Positions 41,301 to 53,108 of a stretch of 64,000 bases of DNA are shown here, one piece after another. Both the position numbers and the translations under genes were made by a program. Within the stretch, counting starts at the first letter, position 1. Every line of letters starts with the position of its first letter. The DNA comes from Macrostomum lignano (Eukaryota), in assembly GCA_002269645.1 (NCBI GenBank), contig NIVC01000889.1, positions 248,001-312,000 on the forward strand. Direction: 5' to 3'. The notes beneath the pieces are model-generated. The model was not told the DNA's origin. It saw only the letters and a program-made list of their open reading frames with translations, and searched no databases.

Positions 41301-42839
41301 CATGCTGATGTATTTTGAAGAATCTCATTGGTGTGTACATTATAGAAATGTACATGCGAAAACTCATTTGCTAACTCTGTACCAACAAAAGCCAACTAAT
41401 GTACACGGGGAAATCCCACTCAATGGCATAGCAGATATCTTAACTGTTGACATTAGAGAAACCAATCTTCAATGGCTTTAATATTCCGTCTAATTGCGCC
41501 TCACTCAAGGTAATTGCTAGCGGTGTCCTACCCACCCTGGTGGCCCTGCTGGACCACACGGAGGCCGCCATTGTCACGCCAGCCCTGCGCACCATCGGCA
41601 ATATTGTGACTGGCACAGACCAGCAGACTGACACGGCTCTGGCTGCCGGATTTTTGCCCAAGTGCCACCGCCTGCTGCTGCACAATAAACCGAACATTGT
41701 TAAGGAGGCCGCCTGGGCTCTGTCCAATGTTTTGGCCGGATCGCAGCCGCAGATTCAGCAGGTTTGCACTTTTTGGATGATTGGGTGTTTGGTAGATGTA
41801 GATCAGGTCCATCGATGGTCCGCCATGCCCTCCTTACCCTGTCTTTCAATGGGCTGCCTTACCCTCCTCCCCATGATCTAATAGGCTGTCTTCCCTCCCC
41901 AAGATCTAATAAACTGTCTTACCCTCCCCAAGATCTAATAGACTGTCTTACCCTCCTCCCCCAAGATCTTCCAATGGGCTGTCTTACCCTCCTCCCCAAG
42001 ATCTTCCAATGGGCTGTCTTACCCTCCTCCCCTAAGACCTTTCAATGGGCTGCCTTACCCTCCTCCCCCAAGACCTTTCAATGGACTGTCTTACCCTCCT
42101 CCGCCAAAATCCTTTGATGGGCTGCCTTACTATTCCTCTGTTCAAGGTCCTCAATCAACCCCTAGCCCTGGACTGCCTTACCCTTTTCCCCAATGTCCTT
42201 AAACAGTCCACCTTACGAATTTTCCTTGCCATCGCGTACCTAAATATTGAAATTCAGAAAATTCCTTGTTGATACACATAACTTAAAATTTTCTGTATTC
42301 CGATATGTATCGAAACAAGCATTAAAAAACTAAAAATCCTCCAGGTGATCGACAACAACCTGATCCCGCCTCTAATTGGCATAGTTATTAATGGCGATTT
42401 CAAAGCCAAGAAAGAGGCCACCTGGGCCCTCACTAACATGGTTACTGGCGGCGACGAGGCCCAGATCAGCTACCTGGCCAATCAGAATGTTGTGCCAGCC
42501 CTGTGCGAGATGCTGTCGGTGCAGGAGGCCAAGATTGTCTGCATCGTGATGGAGTCGCTTACCGCCCTGCTTAGTCTGGCCAAAAAGTACAACCAGGCCG
42601 ACGATATGTGCATCGCTATCGAGGGCTGCGGTGGATTAGACAAACTTGAAGCCCTGCAGGAGCACGAGAATCCTCGAGTGTACGAGATGTCACTCCAAAT
42701 GATCGAGGAGTTCTTTGGCAACGACGAGGACGGCGGCGGCAACGAGTCGGGCGCCGCTGCCGCCGGTGACGGCGCCGGCCAGATGATGTTCTCAGCCCCG
42801 ACTGACGGCAACGCTCCCGCTGGTGGATTCAAATTCTGA
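38352..42839 (+). CDS. KPNA2: Importin subunit alpha (alpha-2/KPNA2-pendulin-like), 561 aa
   Basis: Exons 38352-38795, 40161-40655, 41510-41761, 42345-42839 (1686 nt, all phase 0). IBB domain [36 protein letters not shown]; ARM repeats [57 protein letters not shown]; C-terminal [14 protein letters not shown]. Subfamily assignment is by motif only. Confidence 0.93.
38910..40010. repeat. Intronic minisatellite, 16-bp unit (cttcatatctccgaca)
   Basis: Fills importin intron 1 (38796-40160). Confidence 0.95.
40770..41335. repeat. Intronic minisatellite, 26-bp unit (gagaatcccatgtttgatgtacattg)
   Basis: Importin intron 2 (40656-41509); degenerates towards the right. Confidence 0.93.
41830..42200. 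repeat. Intronic minisatellite, ~35-bp unit (tgggctgtcttaccctcctccccaagatcttccaa)
   Basis: Importin intron 3 (41762-42344). Confidence 0.88.
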
Positions 42840-45084
42840 TGGCCAGTTAATCTCCGATAATATTTCTACAACTCCCAAAAATACAGTACTACTAATAGTA
42901 GTTTATTTTAAGGTCAACTGGTAACAACTTAGAATCTATAGTAATGACTGCTACACTTTTCAGCTAAAGATCTTTGCTACTAATAGTAGCTTGATTCCGT
43001 TTATCACAAATTTAAGCAACTATGCTCGTAGAGTATAGTATTGCTACTAAAAGTAGGTTGTCAATTTTCGACTAAAAAGTAGCATTAAGAATTTAACTGC
43101 ATCTCGTTATATTGCTAGTAACTACTGAACTCTAAAAGCATTTGTCACCGTTTGCAATTAAATATTTTCTTACTCAATTTTTCTTTAAGCGTCTACAAAG
43201 CTGAGTGAGTCTTATTTTTACAAATTAACTTTTTAGTACTACACGAATGATTATTCTTAATCGTTCCAGCTTCAATCCAATCAGCGTTCCTAGCAACTAA
43301 CCAGTGATTCTCTCGTACGTGTAACTCTAGACTATGGTGCAATTAGCTCGTATTTATTTTTTCTAATAATTTACACTTTTTAGTCAAACAATACTACATT
43401 GTCAAATCAGCTGGTGCTTATTAAATATATTTTGTTCCAATTGAGTTATGCCCAAGTGCGCGCGATATTAATTTTTTTTAATTCTACTAAGTAGCTCGTA
43501 CGTTTAAATATATAAACTGAACTAAAATGTCAAGTTAACTTTTTGACCGTAAAAAAAATTCCATCTTTGTCTTATCTGATTAAAATTTGAGCGGCATTCG
43601 ATTTATTGCTAATTCGAATTTTTTTACAAGCTGTGGATTGGGATCGATCGAATCGTGCTGAGTACTTGTATGGGAACGTTTTCTCTAAATCTATTGCAAT
43701 ATAACGGTAAAAGATTGATCAGCAAGCTTTATTAATCATAAATTTACGTTTCTATCAAGCATGCAGCTATAAGTGCAAGAAAAGTCGAGAAATCTTGAAT
43801 TAAATATAAAAGCAGATAGCGTTATTGTCTTGAAAAAGCAATTATTGTTCAACTTTACGGTACTTAGTTTTTATATTGAATTAAATGTTAGTTTTAATTA
43901 CTGAACGATGGTATCGAAATGGTTCATTCCCGCGATAGTTAATTCCCGGGCTGCAGGCTTAACAGAGCCTTAGGAAGACCCGTTTTCCTTACTTTGAAAT
44001 CTTATTTCCGATTGGCTGATACGATCTGCAATTAGTTAGGTGAGCAAGTCCATCTTATTGTTAATATTTAGGTGTATGACTGGGAGGATGATTGAAGCAC
44101 GCACAAGCGTGTGTGTTAATGCCCTAATCAGCAATTTCTGGCAGCAGTAACTAGGCATTCGTTGAATCAGATGAGCTTTTGCCAAATTATTTGAAATTCT
44201 TGAGTATTTATTTTGTTGGCTCTATTACGTCATAGTGGCAATATTTTGCATCTTGGTGTTATATTTTTCAACTATACAGAAACAAAAACTTTCTGAATGT
44301 CACAAGCTAATTTTTTCCTACGTCGGACGGTTGTTGTGATTCGTTGTAATTTTTTCGCACTTCTTTAATTTTCTTATTTCCTTCAATTTCGCGGGCTCGA
44401 GTACTTACTTTCGTACTCGTAAGTTTCAACTCAAATGCTTAGCGATAATTTTAGCCTATCTTAAGCACAAAGACGTAAGTAATAATCCTAAGTTAAAATG
44501 TCGTTTAAGCTTCAAAGATTCTAGATCTATTGATGTATTGTCATTTGTGATCAATGTTTAAATGGGGCCAGATTATCCTTTCTAAGTTTCTTTGCCAATC
44601 AAAATACAAAAATTTCACAGCTTGCCAGACCAGATCCAGTTCAGATTCAGATAAAGCTGGTCTTAAACTCTTAGGCCTATCTTTTTTGCCCCAGATAAGA
44701 CTGGAATACTAAGTTATTTTTAACTATGTCATATGCTAAATATTTATCCACAAAAACATCCATTGGCCATGGCCAAAGATGAATATCTAGGAGTAAAAAA
44801 ACTTGACAATTGCAGGGCCTAGGCTGCCTAGCATAAGCCTAGCTAGTGTCTAGAGCCTTTAAGATTTTTTTGACTAGAAAATTTGTAGGCCTATGACTTG
44901 TTTAGTATCTATGATGTAAATTAAAAGCAAATCAAGAACATTAAACCCAAAATACTATGAGGGTATCATAGAGCCTAGTTAGCATCATGATATTGTAACT
45001 AGTAATATGTTACTAAGTACTTATTAGGCACAAACTTTAAAGGTGGAATTAATGAATATTTATATGGTATTAAAAGTATATTTA

Positions 45085-45882
45085 AGTAGCCATATGGCTC
45101 ATTCCATATAAGATGGACATATTTGGAAAATAGAAAAAAGTCAATATTTTTGCTTGCCATTGCCTAATTAGCCTATTTTTTTACCAAATGTTTATATTGT
45201 GCAATATATACAATCTAAGAATAAAGGAATGGTAAAATGTTGGATTAGTATGTTATCAATTGGCAAAAAGTCATTTTTGTAAAAATTTGGACATTTTTCG
45301 AAGCAAAAGACATCATTAAGATTTTGTACCTTTTAAAAACAAATAGAAAGCTTTTGAAGGTTGAAACAAACTATACATAAAAGTATAGTACTTGCATCAT
45401 CAGATAAAAGCATTGGTGACCAAATAATCTATTATATTTTTAATGTATTAGTACCTCAAAGTTACTGAATTGACAGAAAAAAATATGTTACGACCATAAT
45501 GTTACGACCATAAGGCTGCCTTTTCTTTTGTATCTTTGTTGCCTTTTGAGTTTATATATTCTAATAAAAGAGTATGATTTCTAAAGATGTTCTTAGTCAA
45601 ATTTAAAAAATGTATTGCAAAATATCAAAAATGAAAAATGTTATAAGACTTTTACCTTTTAGTTTCTATATGTCAAAAATCCTGTCGTTACGACCATAAG
45701 TGTCATTTAAGGTTTAATAGCATCTATACTAATGATGATATCTATATGAAACTCTATAAATATATTCTAGACAAAATAATCTTTCATTTAAAATATTGGT
45801 TTAGTATATTCTATTATTAGATTTCATTTTATAAGTAAAAATAACCTGTCATGTTACGACCATGCTTATATGGAATGAGCCA
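45085..45882 (+). mobile_element. ~800-bp AT-rich MITE, copy 2
   Basis: Perfect 18-bp TIRs TGGCTCATTCCATATAAG / CTTATATGGAATGAGCCA, TA on both flanks, no coding capacity. Confidence 0.9.
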
Positions 45883-46151
45883 TATAGAAGGTTTATAGAA
45901 TTTTCATCAACTTTTTTTTATCAACTTGGTTGACGAATATTCCAACCCTCATTTCTGCAGTTCACGAATATTCCAAATCTTCCCCTGCCTGTTGACAAAA
46001 GTTCCACAGCCAGATTGAAAGCATTAGAGAACTGCCTTTGTGCACAATTTAGGGCCTATTGTGTACACTGCATTGCATATTCAACATGTGTTGATTACCA
46101 TTGCGCAATGTTGTTGTGCATTACAATCTAAGCATGAACTAGCTAGCAGAT

Positions 46152-46517
46152 GTACATGACTTGTTCAAATGCGAGGAAATGAGCATCTACAACCAGACCA
46201 TTCATATGAACAATGAGTGTGAGAGGTGGCATCGGCAACTAAAGCACTGAACAGAGTAAGGTAACATCTGCCTGTATCCCTTGTTGCAGCTACTGCACAA
46301 TGAGGCTCTCATGGTGCCAGTTCAGACAGCACTGGTGCAGCAAGGGCAGACTCAGCGGCAGCATCGCAATCGATACAAGAAGCTGCAAGAGCTAGTAGAC
46401 CAGCATTGGTGTGATTATCGTAACAGCCAGCTTACTATCCACAGGCTTCTAGTAGACTGCTCCCGGCTGAATCATTCCAAAATTTGGTCAGAAAGGATAG
46501 TGAATACAGTTTTATGA
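46152..46517 (+). pseudogene. MULE/Mutator transposase C-terminal relic
   Basis: SIYNQTIHMNNECERWHRQLKH*TE*GNICLYPLLQLLHNEALMVPVQTALV...RYKKLQ...W.DY.....RLLVDCS resembles the MULE RTNNxxEGWHxxL...LLHxEA tail; two in-frame stops. Confidence 0.7.
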
Positions 46518-46773
46518 GATGAAGACTACTAGACTATATGCTTTTAATATACTCCATTATGCTCCATATATCCCAATACCCCATATACTCCATTTTTAAT
46601 ATAATCCATATGCCCCATATACTCCATATACTCTATATACTTCATTTTTTAATATAACCCAGGCTTATTGGTTATTGGCCCAATAGCCCAACCCTCACCA
46701 CTTCCACAACATCAAGCCAAGCTATATTGTACAATATTTATACTGTAACTGCATGTTTGTACTGTAGCTTGTA

Positions 46774-47552
46774 TCCTTATAGGAAAAAGTTGTAAAACCG
46801 CGGACAGTGTCTGGCGCACTTTTGAAATTTTTCTAAAGCACAGCGTGTGCACAGGCGCATCGCCTGCATGCACGCTGCCTTTTCTTACTGGCTGCTGCTC
46901 TAGCAAATACATATACATGGAAATGGGTATAATACCTCTGTTGAAGGGGCTTATACACTTGTAATTTATTAAGCTTAGCTTAAAGATGTTCCAAAAATTC
47001 AATTTCAATTTTCCAAAATTTGAAATTTTTTAAAGCAAATTTCAATTTCAAAAAAAATTGGAATTGAAAATTTTGGTAGTGTCTAAAAAGTTGCTAAAAA
47101 TAAACTACTTTCTACTACATATACATGTATTACTTTTTGCTTAAGCTAGTAAATTGAAAGTAAAAAAGTAAGTGTTGATCATACTAAACTTTGTTTTTCT
47201 AAATTATGATTTTGGAAAATTTTAATTTTGATTTTAGAAAGTTAGCAAATTTTGATTTCGACAAAACTGCAGATCTTTCGGAACATCTCTAATAATCCTA
47301 AAGCGCGGTAAAATAGTTTGACAAGTGTGCGTCTGCAGGTTTTTAACATTTATTCTAATAGGGACTTGTATCTTAACATTTTAACATTTTTTACCATTGA
47401 AAATTTGTTCGATCAACTCTCAATAAAAAACTGCACCAGATTGTTACTGTTAAAGTTGGTGAAAAAACAAAAAAGTAAAATGTGGTACAACTGGCACTAG
47501 GATACTAGGACTTAAATCCCTATCTAGGACTAGGACTTAAATCCCTATCTAG
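46774..47552 (+). mobile_element. Probable non-autonomous Helitron (family B, copy A)
   Basis: Starts A|TCCTTATAGGAAAAAG, ends CTAG, no TSD, and is followed immediately by a second copy starting TCCTTATAGG. The 3' end has a duplicated ~27-bp ctaggacttaaatccctatctag. No strong GC hairpin was seen. Confidence 0.6.
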
Positions 47553-47601
47553 TCCTTATAGGAAAAATAAATAAAGCTTAAGATCAACATTTATGGCAAA
47601 A

Positions 47602-47639
47602 ACCAACGCGTTTCAACCCACTAGGGCCGTCGTCAGGGT
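47602..47639 (-). ncRNA. Minimal type I hammerhead ribozyme (antisense copy)
   Basis: Reverse complement identical to 48223-48260. Confidence 0.78.
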
Positions 47640-48222
47640 ATATTTTATCACTGAACGAAACACTCAATATAAATAAGCAAACAATTGTACTATCTCAAGT
47701 GTCAAATTGAAAACGGGAGGGTAACCAATGTACGAAAAACATAAAAAACTAGGGGTTGGAGTTAAGCGAGAATAATGAGAGAGAGAGAGAGAGAGAGAAG
47801 GCAAACAGATGTAAAAAAAAACAAAATGTACGCGCAACAAAAAATAGTCAAACTCAAAACAAACTAAAAACTCAAAAATTATTGACCATGCTAACTCTGA
47901 ATTCAAGCTTAGCATTCTTGAAGCGCTGCACATCAAAGCTCAAAATCCCAGTCTCAATGTGCAATTGCTACATAGTGGTGCGGGCCACCTTCTTAGGGTG
48001 TTTTGAGTTTGACTATTTTTTGTTGCGCGTACATTTTGTTTTTTTTTGCATCTGTTTGCCTTCTCTCTCTCTCTCTCTCTCTCTCATTGTTCTCGCTTGA
48101 CTCCAGCCCCTGGTTTTTTATGTTTTTCGTACATTGGTTACCCTCCTGTTTTCAATTTGACACTTGAGATAGTACAATCATTTGCTTATTTATATTGAGT
48201 GTTTCGTTCAGTGATAAAATAT

Positions 48223-48260
48223 ACCCTGACGACGGCCCTAGTGGGTTGAAACGCGTTGGT
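48223..48260 (+). ncRNA. Minimal type I hammerhead ribozyme
   Basis: acc CUGACGA c GGCCC-uagu-GGGUU GAAA C-gc-GUU^ ggu: intact core, stem II with two G-U pairs, palindromic stem III (AACGCGUU), 3-bp stem I. This is the form typical of Penelope pseudo-LTRs. Confidence 0.78.
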
Positions 48261-49155
48261 TTTCGCCATAAATGTTGATCTTAAGCTTTATTTATTTGCT
48301 ATTAATTAAGCGAGCAACTCTACCACAATTATAGGAAAAAGTTGTAAAACCATGGACAATGTCTGGTGCACTTTTAAAATTTTTCTAAAGTGTAGTGCCT
48401 GCATAGGCACGCAGCGCCTACACGCATGCTACCCTTTCCTGCTGGGTGCTGCTCTAGCTAATACCTAATACCTTTGTGGAAAGGGCCTATACACTCGTAA
48501 TTTCTCGTATAATGCTTAGATGTTCCAAAATTTGGAATTTTTAGGTGAATTTTAAATTTTGAAAAAAATTGGAAATCAAAATTTTGGAAGTGTGTAAAAG
48601 AGTAGCTAAAAATAAACTAATTTATGCTATATATACCACAGATACTATAAACACTAGATAGGCCACTCAGGCTAATTTTCTGGGCAAGTTTTTTATTCTA
48701 CTTTCTGCTTAGTAGCAATGAAAGGAAGCAACAGTATTATTTGCTAAATTAGACAAATCGAGTGACTGTTTTTAAGACATCGTTTTGCTAACGCCATAAA
48801 CAACTAACTTGTTTGTGCAGTAATGGTGTACATTAAGACGCGACAGACAGTGTGCAATGCCGCTAACTTTCAAAGTGGAGGAAGGGGGGTAGTCTGGAAT
48901 AGGGTTAATATCAGTTTCGTATAAGGCAGGGTGAGTGGATCGATAATTTAGGCCCACTGGTGGTGGGATAGAAAATAAAGGACTGCACATAGCTAGCCTG
49001 GGTTAGGGGTGGGGGTTGAGAGGTTGTGGGTTAGAAAATTTGGGGGTGGCGAATCGTGCTTAAATACAAGCTTATATAGATGAACAGGACAAGAGTCAGA
49101 GTTAAAGAAAGTTCGAGTGCATACTAGCTTTTCTATCTAATCTTGTACTCGAGAA

Positions 49156-50388
49156 ATGTTTTGATTCGAACCACTGCTGTGCTCCCACTTGCTTTGTACT
49201 AGTGCTATTAACATCCGAGAAAGAAAAATCCGTTGCGAATGCATAAATTACCTAAAGATGACACTGGCGAAGCGCTGGCAGCAGCTACTGCAGGAGCGTG
49301 GATATTGACCTTTATAAACAATTAAATCACGGGGCCTACGTGTGTTCAGCTTGCACTTTATGGACGAGGCCTACTGCTGCCTTACAAAGTGCCACGGATG
49401 TGCAAGACATCTGTTTTCGCTGGGACGCAATCCCACACAAAGAGTTGATGCTGCCTCGGCTCGTTCAAATAGACCAGCTACCCTCTGTGCAAAGGACTGA
49501 TAAACGATGAAGAGGCAGACGACATGTACCCTCCAGTGCTGGGGCCAATTAGCAATCTATCTGCAGCCGAGCCTGCGACTTGCCTGCTGCCAGTGCTGTG
49601 GCAGAGCAACCTTCGGCTACCAGATTCTGCGCCGAGAACAGCTGTTGCGGCTAAAAGCTCTCACCTCTGCAGCCGATTCGCGGGTTCCAAGCGCTAGAGG
49701 CAACGATCAAGCGGCTGCAGCAACGATCCCGAGGCCGAAAGTGACAGGCGAATCAAGCGGCTGCAGCGGCAATCCCGAAAGCGACAGGCGAATCAAGCGG
49801 CTGCAGCGGCAATCCCGAAAGCGACAGGCGAATCAAGCGGCTGCAGCGGCAATCCCGAAAGCGACAGGCAAATCAAGCGGCTGCAGCGGCAATCCCGAAA
49901 GCGACAGGCAAATCAAGCGGCTGCAGCGGCAATCCCGAAGGCGACAGGCAAATCAAGCGGCTGCAGCGGCAATCCCGAAAGCGACAGGCAAATCAAGCGG
50001 CTGCAGCGGCAACTCTCGATGGTCAAGGCAAGTGCAGCGCAGTCGTGCATCCATGGACTGTGGAGGCGTGGCTAGCGCAGCTTCCAGCGGTCGACTGGGC
50101 GGCAGGGCGCTCGCAGTCAGGGGTGCTCTGGTCAAAGGATGTCATCTCATCAGCAGCTCATTGCAGCTGCACCACAAAAGTCCTGCTGCTTATCGGCTGC
50201 CTGTTACGAAACCACTGAGGATTGGCTCTCCATCGGATACATCCCTGGACCTTGAAGTGGCGCATTCGCCAGTTTTTTTCATCTGTTGGGCCGTTCTGAA
50301 TGCTGCCTCTGAACAAGGGTGACTGGCGACCCTGTTCTTCGACAGCACGCTGCGAGTTTCACAAACAGATGAGCTGATTAGGATGAGA
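49156..50388 (+). pseudogene. P-element/THAP9-like transposase relic (THAP domain, coiled coil, start of core)
   Basis: Across frameshifts: NHCCAPTC, MHKLPKD, KRWQQLL, YVC-SLHF, DAIP (C2CH THAP signature), then IKRLQ and WSKDVI..SLQLHHKSPAAYRL. Cut at 50388 by the Helitron array. Confidence 0.68.
49745..50012. repeat. 40-bp tandem repeat inside the THAP relic
   Basis: About 6.5 copies of aatcaagcggctgcagcggcaatcccgaaagcgacaggc(g/a). Confidence 0.92.
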
Positions 50389-53108
50389 CTAGCAATCTTC
50401 GCCCCCCGTTGGGGGACATCTGGATAGAATCTCTGTTCTCTACAAGTAACATAAAGACAGCTAAATAAAGCCTTCACAAAGACCACAGACAAACTGCTCA
50501 AATAAATTGTAATGCAAAAAGAAATCATCCCAAGACAGCAAGCATCCCCCAGATAGCAAGCATCCTCCAGATAGCAAGCATCCCCCAGATAGCAAGCATC
50601 CCCCCTCCCGGATAGCAAGCATCCCCAGATAGCAAGCAGCCCCCAGATAGCAAGCATCCCCCAGATAGCAAGCATCCCCCAGATAGCAAGCATCCCCCAG
50701 ATAGCAAGCATCCCCCCTCCCGGATAGCAAGCATCCCCCAGATAGCAAGCTCTATAGTGGCTCCTTTAAAATTGGCATGACGCTTACTTTTACGTTTGAA
50801 ATTGTGTAAATTTTGTTTGACATGGTGGCTCTTAATTTTTGACATGGTGGCTCTTTAATGTTCGAAATGGTGGCTCTTCAATGTTAGACATGGTGGCTTT
50901 TTAATGTTAGACATGGTGGCTCTTTAATGTTTGACATTGCGGCTCCTTAATGTTTGACATGGTGGCTCTTTTATGTTGGACATGGTGGTTCTTTTATGTT
51001 CGACATGGTGGCTCTTTTATGCTTGACATGGTGGCTCTTTACTGTTTGACATGGAGTCACATATATGTTTGACATGGTGGCTCTTTAATGTTTAACATGG
51101 TGGCTCTTTTATGTTTGACATTGTGGCTCTTTAATGTTTGACATGGTGGCTCTTTAATGTTTGACATGATGGCTCTTTTATGTTTGACATGGAGGCTCTT
51201 TTATGTTTGACATGGTGGCTGTTTTATGTTTGACATGGTGGCTCTTTAATGTTCGACATGGTGGCTCTTTAATGTTTGACATGGTGGCTCTTTAATGTTT
51301 GACCTGGTGGCACCTTAATGTAATGATGGCTCTTTAATGTTTGAAATGGTGGCTCTTTAATGTTCGACATGGTGGCTCTATAATGTTAGACATGGTGGCT
51401 CTATAATGTTCGACATGGTGGCTTTTTAATGTTTGACATGGTGGCTCTTTTATGTTTGACATGGTGGCTGTTTTATGTTTGACATGGTGGCTCTTTTATG
51501 TTTGACATGGTGGCTTTTTAATGTTAGACATGGTGGCTCTTTAATGTTTGACCTGGTGGCACCATAATGTAATGATGGCTCTTTAATGTTTGACCTGGTG
51601 GCACCTTAATGTAATGATGGCTCTTTAATGTTTGAAATGGTGGCTCTTTAATGTTCGACATGGTGGCTCTATAATGTTAGACATGGTGGTTCTTTTATAT
51701 TCGACATGGTGGCTCTTTAATGTTTGACATGGTGGCTCTTTTATGTTGGACATGATGGTTCTTTTATGTTTGACATGGTGTCTCTTTTATGTTTGACATG
51801 ATGGCTCTTTTATGTTTGACATGATGGCTCTTTTATGTTTGACATGGTGGCTGTTTTATGCTTGACATGGTGGCTTTTTTATGTTTGACATGGTGGCTTT
51901 TTAATGTTAGACATGGTGGCTCTTTAATGTTTGACATGGTGGCTCTTTAATGTTCGACATGGTGGCTCTTTAATGTTAGACATGGTGGCTCTTTAATGTT
52001 AGACATGGTGGCTTTTTAATGTTTGACATGGTGGCTCTTTAATGTTTGACATGGTGGCTCTTTTATGTTTGACATGGTGGCTGTTTTATGTTTGACATGG
52101 TGGCTTTTTAATTTTAGACATGGTGGCTCTTTTATGTTTGACATGGTGGCTCTTTAATTTTTGACATGGTGGCTTTTTAATGTTAGACATGGTGGCTCTT
52201 TAATGTTAGACATGATGGTTCTTTAATGTTCGACATGATGGCTCTTTAATGTTCGACATGATGGCTCTTTAATGTTAGACATGGTGGCTCTTAAATGTTC
52301 GACATGGTGGCTCTTAAATGTTCGACATGGTGGCTCTTTAATGTTAGACATGGTGGCTCTTTAATGTTAGACATGATGGCTCTTTAATGTTCGACATGGT
52401 GGCTCTTTAATGTTCGACATGGTGGCTCTTTAATGTTCGACATTGTGCATTTTTTGTGTTTAGCATTTTGTGTTTTTAAGGTTTTTTGAATAAAAAAATC
52501 TTTTTGCACTACTAAAATTCGAACCCAGGTCGCTGCATTAGCAGTCCAGTCTGTTCGCAGCTATGCTATCTCTTGTCAATTGGAGGACTTGAATTGTGGC
52601 CCTTATAATTAAATTCTTATAGCAAATCGGTTAGAGTAAAAAGTTATGACATAATCAATTTCTCAGTCAGCCAGTATCAGTGTCAATTTAAGTTAGCAAT
52701 ATGGTTACGCAATTTCAATCAAGTTTTGTGTGCATTTCTTTGGCACTGTTTTCAACTGGTTGTGATGCAATCTTTATCACAATTGGAATTCAGTCAGTCA
52801 GTTTTTCTCTAGTATTCTTACAATGCATTTCAGGTCGAAAGAGCTGCTTGACCTTTGCAAAAAAGCATGTTTTTCGAATATTTAATCCCTTTAACATTGA
52901 GCAATTTCTTAGCCAAGATACATGTACCGTCCCAGGAAAATTTCTGATCGAATGGTGCAAGTTTGATAAAAATCGGTTGAGCCAATTTTTCTGAAATCAA
53001 TCGCATACCCATATACACACAGACAACTCATTTTTAGTATATAAGGATTTTCTGAAATCAATCGCATACCCATATACATACAGACAACTCATTTTTAGTA
53101 TATAAGGA
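50389..53108 (-). mobile_element. Non-autonomous Helitron, unit 1 (2720 bp)
   Basis: The minus strand starts TCCTTATATACTAAAAATGAG...AACCGATTTTTATCAAACTTG and ends CCCCC-aac-GGGGG hairpin, ~10 nt, CTAG|T. Contains 18-bp (atagcaagcatcccccag) and 23-bp (tttgacatggtggctctttaatg) arrays. Confidence 0.85.
52517..52572 (-). ncRNA. tRNA-like Pol III promoter module in Helitron unit 1
   Basis: gagatagcatagctgcgaacagactggactgctaatgcagcgacctgggttcgaat: B box clear, A box degraded, no acceptor stem. Confidence 0.5.

Larger units (their letters stand above)
47568..48328 (+). mobile_element. 5'-truncated Penelope-like retroelement with inverted pseudo-LTR
   Basis: Arms of ~297 bp at 47565-47861 and 47999-48297 are near-perfect inverted repeats. 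The spacer encodes SEFKLSILEALHIKAQNPSLNVQ...* (47896-48006), resembling the GIY-YIG endonuclease tail of PLEs. 12-bp TSD TTATAGGAAAAA at 47556-47567 and 48329-48340. Confidence 0.85.
47553..48640 (+). mobile_element. Second tandem copy of family B, interrupted by the Penelope-like insertion
   Basis: 47553-47567 plus 48329-48640 repeats 46774-47125 with substitutions. Confidence 0.65.
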
